This document shows, piece after piece, positions 1 through 8,126 of a DNA stretch of 32,000 nucleotides (positions are counted from its first letter, which is position 1; each line of letters begins with the position of its first letter). The position numbers and the translations under genes are program-made. The notes under the pieces were generated by a model that worked only from the letters and a program-made list of their open reading frames with translations, was not told where the DNA came from and made no database searches. Location of the stretch: NCBI RefSeq assembly GCF_000484535.1, contig NC_022600.1, forward strand, positions 3,990,234 to 4,022,233, given 5' to 3'. This DNA is from Gloeobacter kilaueensis JS1. GTDB lineage: Bacteria; Cyanobacteriota; Cyanobacteriia; Gloeobacterales; Gloeobacteraceae.

Positions 1-1
1 G

Positions 2-826
2 GTGCAACTGGCCCGCGCCGATTACGAGCGCGAGAGCGCTCTCTACAAAAAAGGGATCAGTGCGCAGCGCGAGCAGCAGGCGGCCTTGGCCAGGCTCGAC
101 GGCACCCTCTCAGAACTGGCGGCGGCAAAATCGACCGAGGCGGCGGCCCGTTCCAGCCTGCAGGCGGCCCGCGCGCGTTTGAACGCCCTGCGCCAGGCCA
201 CCGGCAGCAGCATCACCGACGAACTTGCCCTTAAAAGTCCGGTCAGCGGCATCGTCGTCTCCCGGATGATCCAGCCAGGCCAGGTGGTCAACCCGGCCAC
301 CGCCGGAACCAGCAACGCCGAGGACCATCTGTTTACGATTACAAGCCTCGCCGAAGTCTGGGCAATGCTCGAAGTGCCCCAATCGGAGGTGGCGGGCCTC
401 AAGCTCGGCGCGCCGGTGCAATTTACGAGCGAAGTCGCCCCCGGCGAAGCGTTCAAAGGCCGGATCATCCGGCTGGGTGAAACCTTCGATCCCCAGGCGC
501 GTACGGCCAGTGTCCGCGTCGCCATCGCCAACCCGCACGGTACTCTCAAGCCGGGAATGCTCGTGCTCGCCCAGGCGATCTCCGGCGGCAGTGCCCGGCC
601 AGTGCTGGCGGTGCCCACCGCCGCCATCCAGCAGATAGACGGCAAGGACGTGGTCTTTGTGCGCACCGCACCCCACCGCTACCGCCAGCAACCGGTGGTG
701 CTGGGCGAGCGCAACGCTCAGCTTACCCAGATCGTCTCCGGTCTTACGGCGGGTACCGAAGTGGTGAGCGACGGCTCCTTCGTCCTCAAATCGGAAGCCC
801 TCAAGGCCACCCTGGAGGGCGAGTAA
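2..826 (+). CDS. RND efflux periplasmic adaptor (membrane-fusion protein, HlyD/CzcB-like); 5' end cut by window edge
   Basis: The frame is open from the window start. An Ala/Gln/Arg-rich coiled-coil hairpin (AAKSTEAAARSSLQAARARLNALRQ) is followed by lipoyl/beta-barrel-type segments (LKSPVSGIVVSRMIQPGQVV, FKGRIIRLGETFDPQARTASVRVAIANP, LKPGMLVLAQ). The stop overlaps the pump ATG (TAATG at 824-828), which is typical adaptor-pump coupling. Confidence 0.85.
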   Translation: MQLARADYERESALYKKGISAQREQQAALARLDGTLSELAAAKSTEAAARSSLQAARARLNALRQATGSSITDELALKSPVSGIVVSRMIQPGQVVNPATAGTSNAEDHLFTITSLAEVWAMLEVPQSEVAGLKLGAPVQFTSEVAPGEAFKGRIIRLGETFDPQARTASVRVAIANPHGTLKPGMLVLAQAISGGSARPVLAVPTAAIQQIDGKDVVFVRTAPHRYRQQPVVLGERNAQLTQIVSGLTAGTEVVSDGSFVLKSEALKATLEGE

Positions 827-3800
827 TGACCAGAGCCCTCGATCGCGAGAATGCGCGCCTCACCCAGCCACCGGCCCCTTCGGGCCTGCTGGAACGGCTG
901 GTGATCGGGGCGCTCAAATTTCGCGTCCTGGTCCTCGCTGCCACGCTGCTTGCGGTGCTGGGCGGCGTCTACGCCTTTCTAAACCTGCGGGTCGATGCGG
1001 TGCCCGACATCTCCAACATCCAGGTGACGGTCACCACCAACGCCCGTGGCCTCGCTCCCCAGGAGACCGAACAGTACATTACCTATCCGATCGAGCTGGC
1101 GCTGCAGGGGATGCCGCACCTGACGCGGCTGCGATCGATCTCCAAGTACGCCCTCTCGCAGGTAACGGCGGTCTTCGAGGACGGCACCGACATCTACTGG
1201 GCCAGACAACAGGTCTCCGAGCGCCTGAAGACGGCAGAAAGTGCAATTCCTAAAAGTATCGACGCCCAGATCGCCCTCGGTCCCATCGCCACCGGCCTCG
1301 GCGAGGTCTACCAGTTCGAGGTGCGCGGCTCCGGCTACAGTCTGATGCAGCTAAGGGACATCCTCGACTGGCAGATCATTCCGGCCCTGAAGAGCGTGCC
1401 GGGGGTGGACGAAGTCGAGGCGATGGGCGGGGCGGCAAAAGAGTATCAAGTCTGGCTGGAGCCGGAGAAGCTCCACGGCTACCACATCATGCCCACCGAG
1501 GTGATGCGGGCGCTGGAGAACAACAACGCCAACGCCGGAGGCGGCTACGCGGTCGATAACAACAACCAGGTGCTGCTCAGGGGCGAGGCGCTGTTGCGCA
1601 ACGTGGGCGACATCGGCAACGTCATGGTCCACCGCGACGCGAAGGGCGTGGTGCGCGTGCGCGATTTGGGCCGGGTGGTGGAGGGCAAAAAGCTCTCCCA
1701 GAGCATCGTCACCCAGAACGGCGAGGGCGAGACGGTGATCGGCATCGTCCTGATGCGCAAGGGCGAAAATTCGGAGCAGGTCGTCCGCCGGGTGCAGGCC
1801 AAACTCGACGCCCTCGCTCCGACCCTGCCCCCCAACGTCCGGGTCGTCACCTTCTACAATCGCGGCACGCTCATCGACCGGACGATCGACACGGTCTGGC
1901 ACAACCTGGCAGTCGGTGCCCTGCTGGTGGTCGTCGTCCTCTTCGTCGTCCTGGGCAACCTGCGCGGCGGCCTCATCGCTGCCCTCGCGATTCCGATCGC
2001 CCTGCTGGGAGCGATCGCCTTTCTTGTCATCACCAACACCTCCGGCAACCTGCTCAGCCTCGGGGCGATCGACTTTGGGATTTTAATCGACGGTTCGGTG
2101 GTGATGGTCGAGAACATCCTGCGGCGGCTTAGCGAGGCCAAACCGCGCGATGCGGCAGAACAACTGGCCGTCGTCGAGCGGGCGAGCGCGGAGGTGGCGC
2201 GGCCCATCTTCTTTGCGGTGCTCATCATCACCGTCGTCTACGTGCCGATTTTGTTTTTGACCGGCGTGGCGGGCAAGACCTTTCAGCCGATGGCCCTTAC
2301 CGTCGTCTTCGGTCTGCTCGCAGCTCTTGTCATTGCCCTGTTTGTCACCCCGGCCCTTGCCTCTTTGCTGTTGGGCGAGCACCCCAAAGAAGAAGAAACC
2401 TTTTTGCTGCGCGCCCTCAGGCCCATTTACACCCGTGCCCTCGACTGGTGCCTTGGCCGTCCCTGGCCGACGGCTCTGGTTGCGGTGGGGTTATTTGCCG
2501 CGAGCCTCACCCTGATTCCGGGTCTGGGTACCGAATTTATTCCCACCCTCAAAGAAGGCTCGATCGTTCTCACGGTCGATCGCCCCGTATCCGGCTCGCT
2601 CTCGGCGGCGGCGGCCCAGACGACGCTCATGGAAAAAGTCGTGCGCACCTTCCCGGATGTCGAGACGGTCGTCGCGAGGAGCGGCCACCCGGAGCAGGCG
2701 TTCGATCCGATGGGTCCGGAGGAGACGGACTTTTTTATCATCCTCAAGCCCCAGGAACAGTGGACCACCGCTCGCACCCAGCAGGAGATCGAGGAGGCGA
2801 TCGCCAAAAAACTTGACCAGGAGGTGCCCGGCGCAGCGATCGCCTTCGGTCAGCCCATCGAGCAGCGGATGAACGAACTGGTCTCCGGGGCCAAGGGCGA
2901 CGTGGCCATCCGCATCTTTGGGCCGGATCTGGATATCCTGCGCAAGCTCGGCCTGCAGATAGCGGGAGCGGTGGGCCGCGTGGCGGGGGCGAGCGATGTC
3001 AAAGTCGAGCAGGTGGCGGGCCTGCCGGTGGTGAGCGCCCAGATCAAGCAGGCTGCCCTCTCCGCCTACGGCGTCACCGCTCAAGACGCCCTCGATACGA
3101 TCTCCGCCGCCGTAGACGGCAAGATCGTGGGTACGATCTTTCAGGGCAAACCGCGCTACGACCTCACGGTGCGCTTCGCCCCGGACGCCCTCAGTCGGCC
3201 CGAAGACCTGGGTACCCTGCCGGTGGCGATGTCCGAAGGCGACCTGGTTCCGCTTTCCCAGGTGGCGAACATCCGCCGCGTCGAGAGCGCCGCCGAAATT
3301 GCCCACCTCGAAGGCGACCGCAACCTGACCGTTCAGCTGAACGTCAATGGCCGCGACCTGGGCGGCTTTGTAGCAGCAGCCCAGCAGGCCGTGCGCGACA
3401 AAGTGGCCCTGCCCGCCGGTTATCGGCTGGAGTGGGGCGGCCAGTTCGAGAATCTCCAGGAGGCAGAATCCCGCCTGTTTATCCTCGTGCCCCTCTCCCT
3501 TGCCCTGATATTCATTCTTCTCTACGCCTCCTTCGGCAGCCTGCAGCCTGGCATATTGATCTTCCTCAACATCCCCCTTGCCCTCACAGGCGGCCTGCTC
3601 GCCCTCGCCCTCAGAGGCATGTCTTTGTCTGTCACCGCCGGCGTCGGCTTTATTGCCCTGTTTGGGGTGGCGGTGCTCAACGGCGTCGTGCTCGTCTCCA
3701 CCATCCGCCGCATCGAGGCCGAGCAGCACCTCGAACCATTAGAGGCCGCCCGTGCCGGAGCCGAGTTGCGCCTCAGGCCCGTCTTGATGACCGCCCTGGT

Positions 3801-3975
3801 CGCCTCGCTGGGTTTCATTCCGATGGCTGTCGCCACCTCCGTCGGTGCCGAAGTGCAGCGCCCCCTCGCCACCGTCGTCATCGGCGGCCTGATCACCGCC
3901 ACCCTCCTCACCCTGCTGGTATTGCCCAGCCTCTACCCGGTGATCTGTGGCCGGCGCAGTTCGAAGCGAGCCTGA
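826..3975 (+). CDS. Heavy-metal-efflux type RND inner-membrane pump (CzcA/CusA family)
   Basis: The 1049-aa product has the RND layout of an N-terminal TM helix, a large periplasmic loop and TM bundles, repeated twice. Family-typical strings include VTVTTNARGLAPQETEQYITYPIE, GAIDFGILIDGSVVMVENI and VQRPLATVVIGGLITATLLTLLVLPSLY. It is coupled to the upstream adaptor. Metal specificity cannot be read from the sequence. Confidence 0.93.
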   Translation: MTRALDRENARLTQPPAPSGLLERLVIGALKFRVLVLAATLLAVLGGVYAFLNLRVDAVPDISNIQVTVTTNARGLAPQETEQYITYPIELALQGMPHLTRLRSISKYALSQVTAVFEDGTDIYWARQQVSERLKTAESAIPKSIDAQIALGPIATGLGEVYQFEVRGSGYSLMQLRDILDWQIIPALKSVPGVDEVEAMGGAAKEYQVWLEPEKLHGYHIMPTEVMRALENNNANAGGGYAVDNNNQVLLRGEALLRNVGDIGNVMVHRDAKGVVRVRDLGRVVEGKKLSQSIVTQNGEGETVIGIVLMRKGENSEQVVRRVQAKLDALAPTLPPNVRVVTFYNRGTLIDRTIDTVWHNLAVGALLVVVVLFVVLGNLRGGLIAALAIPIALLGAIAFLVITNTSGNLLSLGAIDFGILIDGSVVMVENILRRLSEAKPRDAAEQLAVVERASAEVARPIFFAVLIITVVYVPILFLTGVAGKTFQPMALTVVFGLLAALVIALFVTPALASLLLGEHPKEEETFLLRALRPIYTRALDWCLGRPWPTALVAVGLFAASLTLIPGLGTEFIPTLKEGSIVLTVDRPVSGSLSAAAAQTTLMEKVVRTFPDVETVVARSGHPEQAFDPMGPEETDFFIILKPQEQWTTARTQQEIEEAIAKKLDQEVPGAAIAFGQPIEQRMNELVSGAKGDVAIRIFGPDLDILRKLGLQIAGAVGRVAGASDVKVEQVAGLPVVSAQIKQAALSAYGVTAQDALDTISAAVDGKIVGTIFQGKPRYDLTVRFAPDALSRPEDLGTLPVAMSEGDLVPLSQVANIRRVESAAEIAHLEGDRNLTVQLNVNGRDLGGFVAAAQQAVRDKVALPAGYRLEWGGQFENLQEAESRLFILVPLSLALIFILLYASFGSLQPGILIFLNIPLALTGGLLALALRGMSLSVTAGVGFIALFGVAVLNGVVLVSTIRRIEAEQHLEPLEAARAGAELRLRPVLMTALVASLGFIPMAVATSVGAEVQRPLATVVIGGLITATLLTLLVLPSLYPVICGRRSSKRA

Positions 3976-3985
3976 AGTCAGCTAT
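3929..3985 (+). repeat. Direct-repeat copy A: the authentic 3' terminus of the RND pump CDS plus 10 nt downstream
   Basis: It shares a 22-nt perfect block (gcctctacccggtgatctgtgg) and an 18-nt perfect block (gagcctgaagtcagctat) with 7365-7420, in the same order and orientation. Confidence 0.7.
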
Positions 3986-4712
3986 GAATTGTTCCGTCGG
4001 GCAAAATCGTACCTGTTAGCTTCGCTTCTTCGGTGAGATTGCCATCCCATACCGCACCGGTCAAATCCGCTTCTCTTAGATCGGCGTAGCTGAAGTCGCA
4101 GGCAGTGAGGTTGGCTCGGCGCAAATTTGTGCGGTACAAGATAGCGCCCATCAAATCCGATCCACTCAAATCCGCTTCGCTGAGATTGGCTGATTCCAGA
4201 CGACATCCTCGCATATCCGACTGCCGTAACAGCGCCCGGTTGAAATTTGCACCACCGGCCAGTGTCTCCAGCAGACGCGCCCGATCAAGACAGGCTCCCT
4301 GCAAATCTGCTTCTCTTAAATCTGTATTGTCGAGATTTGCTTCGGTCAAATCCGCGCCAACAAGCAGGGCTCCCCGCAGATCGGCAGTGCCAAGATCCAT
4401 AAATCGCAACGAACGGTTCTGTTCTGGCTGGTTCACTATTTCCCAAACCAGATGCCAGCGGGCATCCATGCGCGTGTTTTCGTCGATGAGAACTCCACGG
4501 AGGTTGACAGCACCAAGATACGTCCTGGAAAGGTTGGTTCCGCGTAAATCAGCGCGGTCGATACGGGCACCACCAAGATTCGCATCGCTGAGATCCAGAC
4601 CGCGTAAATCCGGTGAATCCATCGACACATGGACTTGGTGCCAATACCCTTTCAGCCATCGTCCAATAGTGTATGCTTGCAGTAGTTCTTCTACAGTACG
4701 AATTGTTTTCAT
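3978..4712 (-). CDS. Pentapeptide-repeat protein
   Basis: The 244-aa product has long runs of the A(D/N)LXX pentapeptide pattern (ADLRGTNLSRTYLGAVNLRG; ADLTEANLDNTDLREADLQGACLDRARL; ANLSEADLSGSDLMGAILYRTNLRRANLTACDFSYADLREADLTGA). It has an ATG start and lies 23 nt downstream of the protease gene on the same strand. Confidence 0.9.
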   Translation of the reverse strand: MKTIRTVEELLQAYTIGRWLKGYWHQVHVSMDSPDLRGLDLSDANLGGARIDRADLRGTNLSRTYLGAVNLRGVLIDENTRMDARWHLVWEIVNQPEQNRSLRFMDLGTADLRGALLVGADLTEANLDNTDLREADLQGACLDRARLLETLAGGANFNRALLRQSDMRGCRLESANLSEADLSGSDLMGAILYRTNLRRANLTACDFSYADLREADLTGAVWDGNLTEEAKLTGTILPDGTIHS

Positions 4713-4735
4713 GCCAATAAGACTACGTAGGAAAT

Positions 4736-6022
4736 CTACAGTACATCTTTAAATTCAAGAATGATGTTGAGCAGCTTATTCCTCCTTTTTACAATTAGGT
4801 GTACTTTGTTGTTTGGCAGCTGTTGGAGTTTATCTACAATCTCTTTGTGCGTCAATTTTCCATACGGTACTCCATCAATATTTAGGATCTGATCCCCTGA
4901 GCGTATGTCAGCGTGCTCAGCTAATCCTTTTCTTTCAATAGCTGTTACTTTCCCACTAGAAATATCAACGCTCATGCCAACAGCAACATAGTGAAAAGCT
5001 TCACCAAAACGCACACTTTTTCGCAAGGCAATTTGTCTATGTCTTACATCGAATATCACAAAAAAACGAGAGAGTATATCATTACCTATAACGCCAGCCG
5101 TGTCAGTAACTTCCGTTGACTTACTCGATTTCGATATTAATCCTATCAGAGGCTTTATAATCTCAAATTGCCCCAGCTTAAGCGCTGTCGCCCGTACTCT
5201 GTAGAGAACGTCTGTACCTCCAAGACCCTCTGTAGAGTACTTTCTTATGTTGGGGTAGCGCCTGTAAAGGTTGTTTCTTTCGACAAATGGTTGGTACAAC
5301 GTTAATGAGGTTGAAGAGCCAGTATCTATATCGAACCGAGCTGAAATGCCATCAATTTTTCCTTCAATGGCTGGCATTCCTAGCGAACTAACGACAAAGG
5401 GGAAGACGACGTTCTCGCAGTTGGGAGCTACTTTTTGTGAGTTATTGAAGTAAGCCTTCAAATTAATATAATCAAGTTGAATAAGGAAATTTTGAAAGAA
5501 ATCTAATCCGAGAATAGCATCAATTTTTGAAAGTGCTGAAGAGTCAGGCATTACTGCCGAAGGAAGCACACGTAGAATAGTTTTACTCAACTTCAAGTTA
5601 CCAATCTCAAGATTTTCTACTGTTGTTTCTTGAGATGTTTGTACAGGAGAACTTCCATTGCTCCCAATAAACTCAGGACGCATGAGAGAGCGGGTCGGCA
5701 ATCTAAGTTTTTGCGCAACTCTTTCAGATATGAAGTTAATGGTGGCCCCTGAGTCAAGGATAAGATTAAACGGTCCCTGACCATTTATGTACGCATCGAA
5801 TGCAATGAGCCCAGGAGGAGGAGAAGAACGAAAAGGAACAACAATTTCAGACTCAATTTGCTTCGCCTGGTAACTGTCAGCTTTACAAGCCGTAGAGCTA
5901 TAGATTTCTGCAAGTGCAGGAGTCGTCAAAAATGGCAGAATGAAAACCGCTTTTAAAGCAGTCTGTAGAAGAACAGAAGCAGAGCTACTGCTCACAGTTG
6001 CTTTTATCTGTTCGTGCTCCAC
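4736..6022 (-). CDS. Secreted aspartic protease with two retropepsin-like lobes and a C-terminal PDZ domain
   Basis: The 428-aa product has a GTG start and a signal-peptide-like N-terminus (KAVFILPFLTTPALA|E). Two aspartic-protease catalytic motifs lie in separate halves (LILDSGATINFIS near residue 88, FDIDTGSSTSLTL near residue 232). The C-terminus is PDZ-like (RSGDQILNIDGVPYGKLTHKEIVDKLQ). It has low G+C and A/T-ending codons. Confidence 0.8.
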   Translation of the reverse strand: MEHEQIKATVSSSSASVLLQTALKAVFILPFLTTPALAEIYSSTACKADSYQAKQIESEIVVPFRSSPPPGLIAFDAYINGQGPFNLILDSGATINFISERVAQKLRLPTRSLMRPEFIGSNGSSPVQTSQETTVENLEIGNLKLSKTILRVLPSAVMPDSSALSKIDAILGLDFFQNFLIQLDYINLKAYFNNSQKVAPNCENVVFPFVVSSLGMPAIEGKIDGISARFDIDTGSSTSLTLYQPFVERNNLYRRYPNIRKYSTEGLGGTDVLYRVRATALKLGQFEIIKPLIGLISKSSKSTEVTDTAGVIGNDILSRFFVIFDVRHRQIALRKSVRFGEAFHYVAVGMSVDISSGKVTAIERKGLAEHADIRSGDQILNIDGVPYGKLTHKEIVDKLQQLPNNKVHLIVKRRNKLLNIILEFKDVL

Positions 6023-7247
6023 CCCACGAGTTGAAGACTCCGCCAGAAAATTCTGGACTACCGTCTTTATCGACTCCAGCCGAAATACTCACTGTAGTCT
6101 TTCCACCGGGATGACTCTGGCATGTATCGACATTCACATGCGCGCCATCTTTGTTGATTTTAGTTTTAATATCCGTATATCCACCATCCACCTCTGGGTT
6201 GCTTGTACCAGTATTAGCAGGAGTAGTGGGTTTGGAAATAGGGCCACCTAAATCACCGGCTTTAGTGCTGAGCTTGTTTCCAACGCCTGTATCGTTGCCC
6301 GCTAGCAGAGTTGGGGTAGAGCCATTCTGTGTATCTGCCTTCTCTGGTAAACCTGTATAGGTCTCGCTGGAAGCAGTAACAAAGTTGCTTACTCCTGAAG
6401 GCATTCCATCGCAACCTTCAGCTATACCTGCTCTATTGTCAGCCGCAGTAGGATAGCTGACTTCTCCAGTTCTGACTTTGTCCTGATTGACTATTTGCAA
6501 GTTGAAATTCTCAAAGCCGTTGTCTAGGCCATATTCAAAACCGTTACTGTAGTAGCCTTGCTCGCCTGCAGCAACGAGCAGTGCGGGATCAACCGGCAGG
6601 CTCTGCTCGCCTTGAGAAACATTCCACTCGTCCCAACTATTATCCGGCAAGTCAAAGCCTGTATCGTTGCTGTCGTTGTCTACCTGTCCGTAATTGCCGA
6701 TCTCCTGCTCCCGGAGCGAGCCATAGGACTCCTCACCACTTAAGGCAGACTCTCCGTCAGCATCCTCGTACTGGTTGTAGCTGCTGGAAAAACTCGCGAA
6801 TCCTGTGTTTTGTTCTTCATCAAACGGATTAAAGCCGTATGCATCTTGCTGCTGGCTATACCCATAATTGTCAGCACTCTCGAAGTCTGTTTCTGGCTGC
6901 TGGTCAGAGGGGAAGTTGATGTTGTCCCAAATATCGCTATTGGGAAAGCCGAGGGCAGCATTGCCTATGAAAGCGCCCTGCTCACCGTACTGTGTATCTG
7001 TAGAGAAGTCGTAGTCAGTACCGTCACTTTCTAAGTACTGTTGCCCATAGCTGTTGTTGTCATCCACAAGATAGGACTGCTCGCCATCGCCAGCCTCTGT
7101 GTGCCCTTCCTCGTCAGTGCCGTTGCCAGACTCTGAATACTCTTGTTCGTCGCCTTCGCTTGCCGAATACTCTCGCTCGTTTTCGTTCCCGAAGCCATCG
7201 CCGGCAAAATTCTGCTGTTGTTCGCCAAAAAGGTTTTCCTCGTCCAT
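5985..7247 (-). CDS. Hyper-acidic low-complexity protein of unknown function, with no recognisable family
   Basis: The 420-aa ORF has an ATG start preceded by an AGGTG SD-like motif 5 nt upstream. It is the only long ORF in this interval and is co-directional with the protease, which it overlaps by 38 nt. By my count, residues 1-256 contain about 60 D/E but only 2 Arg and no Lys. They are rich in N/Q/G/S with interspersed Y/F/W. No signal peptide is apparent. Confidence 0.65.
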   Translation of the reverse strand: MDEENLFGEQQQNFAGDGFGNENEREYSASEGDEQEYSESGNGTDEEGHTEAGDGEQSYLVDDNNSYGQQYLESDGTDYDFSTDTQYGEQGAFIGNAALGFPNSDIWDNINFPSDQQPETDFESADNYGYSQQQDAYGFNPFDEEQNTGFASFSSSYNQYEDADGESALSGEESYGSLREQEIGNYGQVDNDSNDTGFDLPDNSWDEWNVSQGEQSLPVDPALLVAAGEQGYYSNGFEYGLDNGFENFNLQIVNQDKVRTGEVSYPTAADNRAGIAEGCDGMPSGVSNFVTASSETYTGLPEKADTQNGSTPTLLAGNDTGVGNKLSTKAGDLGGPISKPTTPANTGTSNPEVDGGYTDIKTKINKDGAHVNVDTCQSHPGGKTTVSISAGVDKDGSPEFSGGVFNSWGGARTDKSNCEQ

Positions 7248-7364
7248 GACGCACCTGCAGAAAGGGGTTGCTTCTGTGCAATGTAAGCCATTAATTTGGA
7301 GTCGTCAAGAACTATTCGGGGGAAATACAGTGTCTGGGGCAACCTGCTCAAGTTCGTTTTCGAT

Positions 7365-7420
7365 GCCTCTACCCGGTGATCTGTGGGCAGCGCGAGAAAA
7401 GAGAGCCTGAAGTCAGCTAT
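7365..7420 (+). repeat. Direct-repeat copy B: displaced, out-of-frame duplicate of the RND pump 3' terminus
   Basis: It has the same 22-nt and 18-nt perfect blocks as 3929-3985. They are separated by 16 nt here versus 17 nt in copy A, and that spacer sequence has diverged. No pump coding sequence lies upstream of it. Confidence 0.7.
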
Positions 7421-7553
7421 AGACCTCTTGCATGCATGTCCAGGAGCGGTGTCCGACGATGTGGTGGGCAAAACCTTTGTAAGAGCAAGTCGAGACGATG
7501 AATTTCTCGAACCGAGAAGTTAAACTTCCAAACAGTTGATCGAACAGTATGCG

Positions 7554-8126
7554 ATGATGCTAACTCCGCGAGTTCTCGAACAAGCCCTGGAAATTCTTGG
7601 AGAGTTACTTGCTGAGCGTGGGTCACCCTATGGGCTTGCTGTCATCGGGGGTGGAGGACTGGCTTTATTGGGACTGATAGACCGCGCTACGCGAGACATC
7701 GACGTGGTTGCCCGCGTAGAAGGTGCAGGGTACATCTCGGCTGAGCCCCTGCCGCCTGTGCTCAAAGAAGCGGTTGAGCAAACGGCTCTGCTGCTCGATC
7801 TGGATCGTAGCTGGCTGAATGGAGCCCCAACGGACCTCCTGCGGTTTGGCCTGCCCCAAGGTTTTCGAGAAAGAGCGCTGGTACGCCGATACAGTGCGCT
7901 GACCCTGCAACTTGCTAGTCGCTACGACCAGATTCACTTCAAATTATTCGCAGCGGTGGATCAAGGAGCAAAGAGTAAACACTTCGCGGATCTCAAGCGA
8001 CTACAGCCATCGACGGAGGAGTTGCTGGCAGCCGCTCGCTGGTGTCTGATTCAGGCCGGTGGGATCGAGGGTGATCTGCGTGCGGCTCTAAGCGCACTGG
8101 GGGTACCGGGCGATGTCGAGCTTTAG
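7554..8126 (+). CDS. Minimal nucleotidyltransferase-fold protein (pol-beta superfamily; AbiEii/DUF6036-like)
   Basis: The N-terminal motif hGGGGLALLGLIDRATRDIDVV matches the G-[GS]...D-x-D signature of pol-beta-fold NTases. A downstream helical part (DQIHFKLFAAVDQGAKSKHFADLKRL) resembles the second half of AbiEii-type proteins. The ORF opens at TTG 7536, and the first ATGs are at 7554 and 7557, so the start is uncertain. The 3' end overlaps the next gene by 14 nt. Confidence 0.7.
   Translation: MMLTPRVLEQALEILGELLAERGSPYGLAVIGGGGLALLGLIDRATRDIDVVARVEGAGYISAEPLPPVLKEAVEQTALLLDLDRSWLNGAPTDLLRFGLPQGFRERALVRRYSALTLQLASRYDQIHFKLFAAVDQGAKSKHFADLKRLQPSTEELLAAARWCLIQAGGIEGDLRAALSALGVPGDVEL

Noticed and set aside
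7099-7410. A 103-aa plus-strand ORF ending in …REKRA*, like the pump C-terminus.
   Set aside because: Only its last few codons derive from the duplicated pump terminus. The remainder is antisense to the acidic-protein gene and its upstream region. It is treated as part of the repeat scar, not as a gene.
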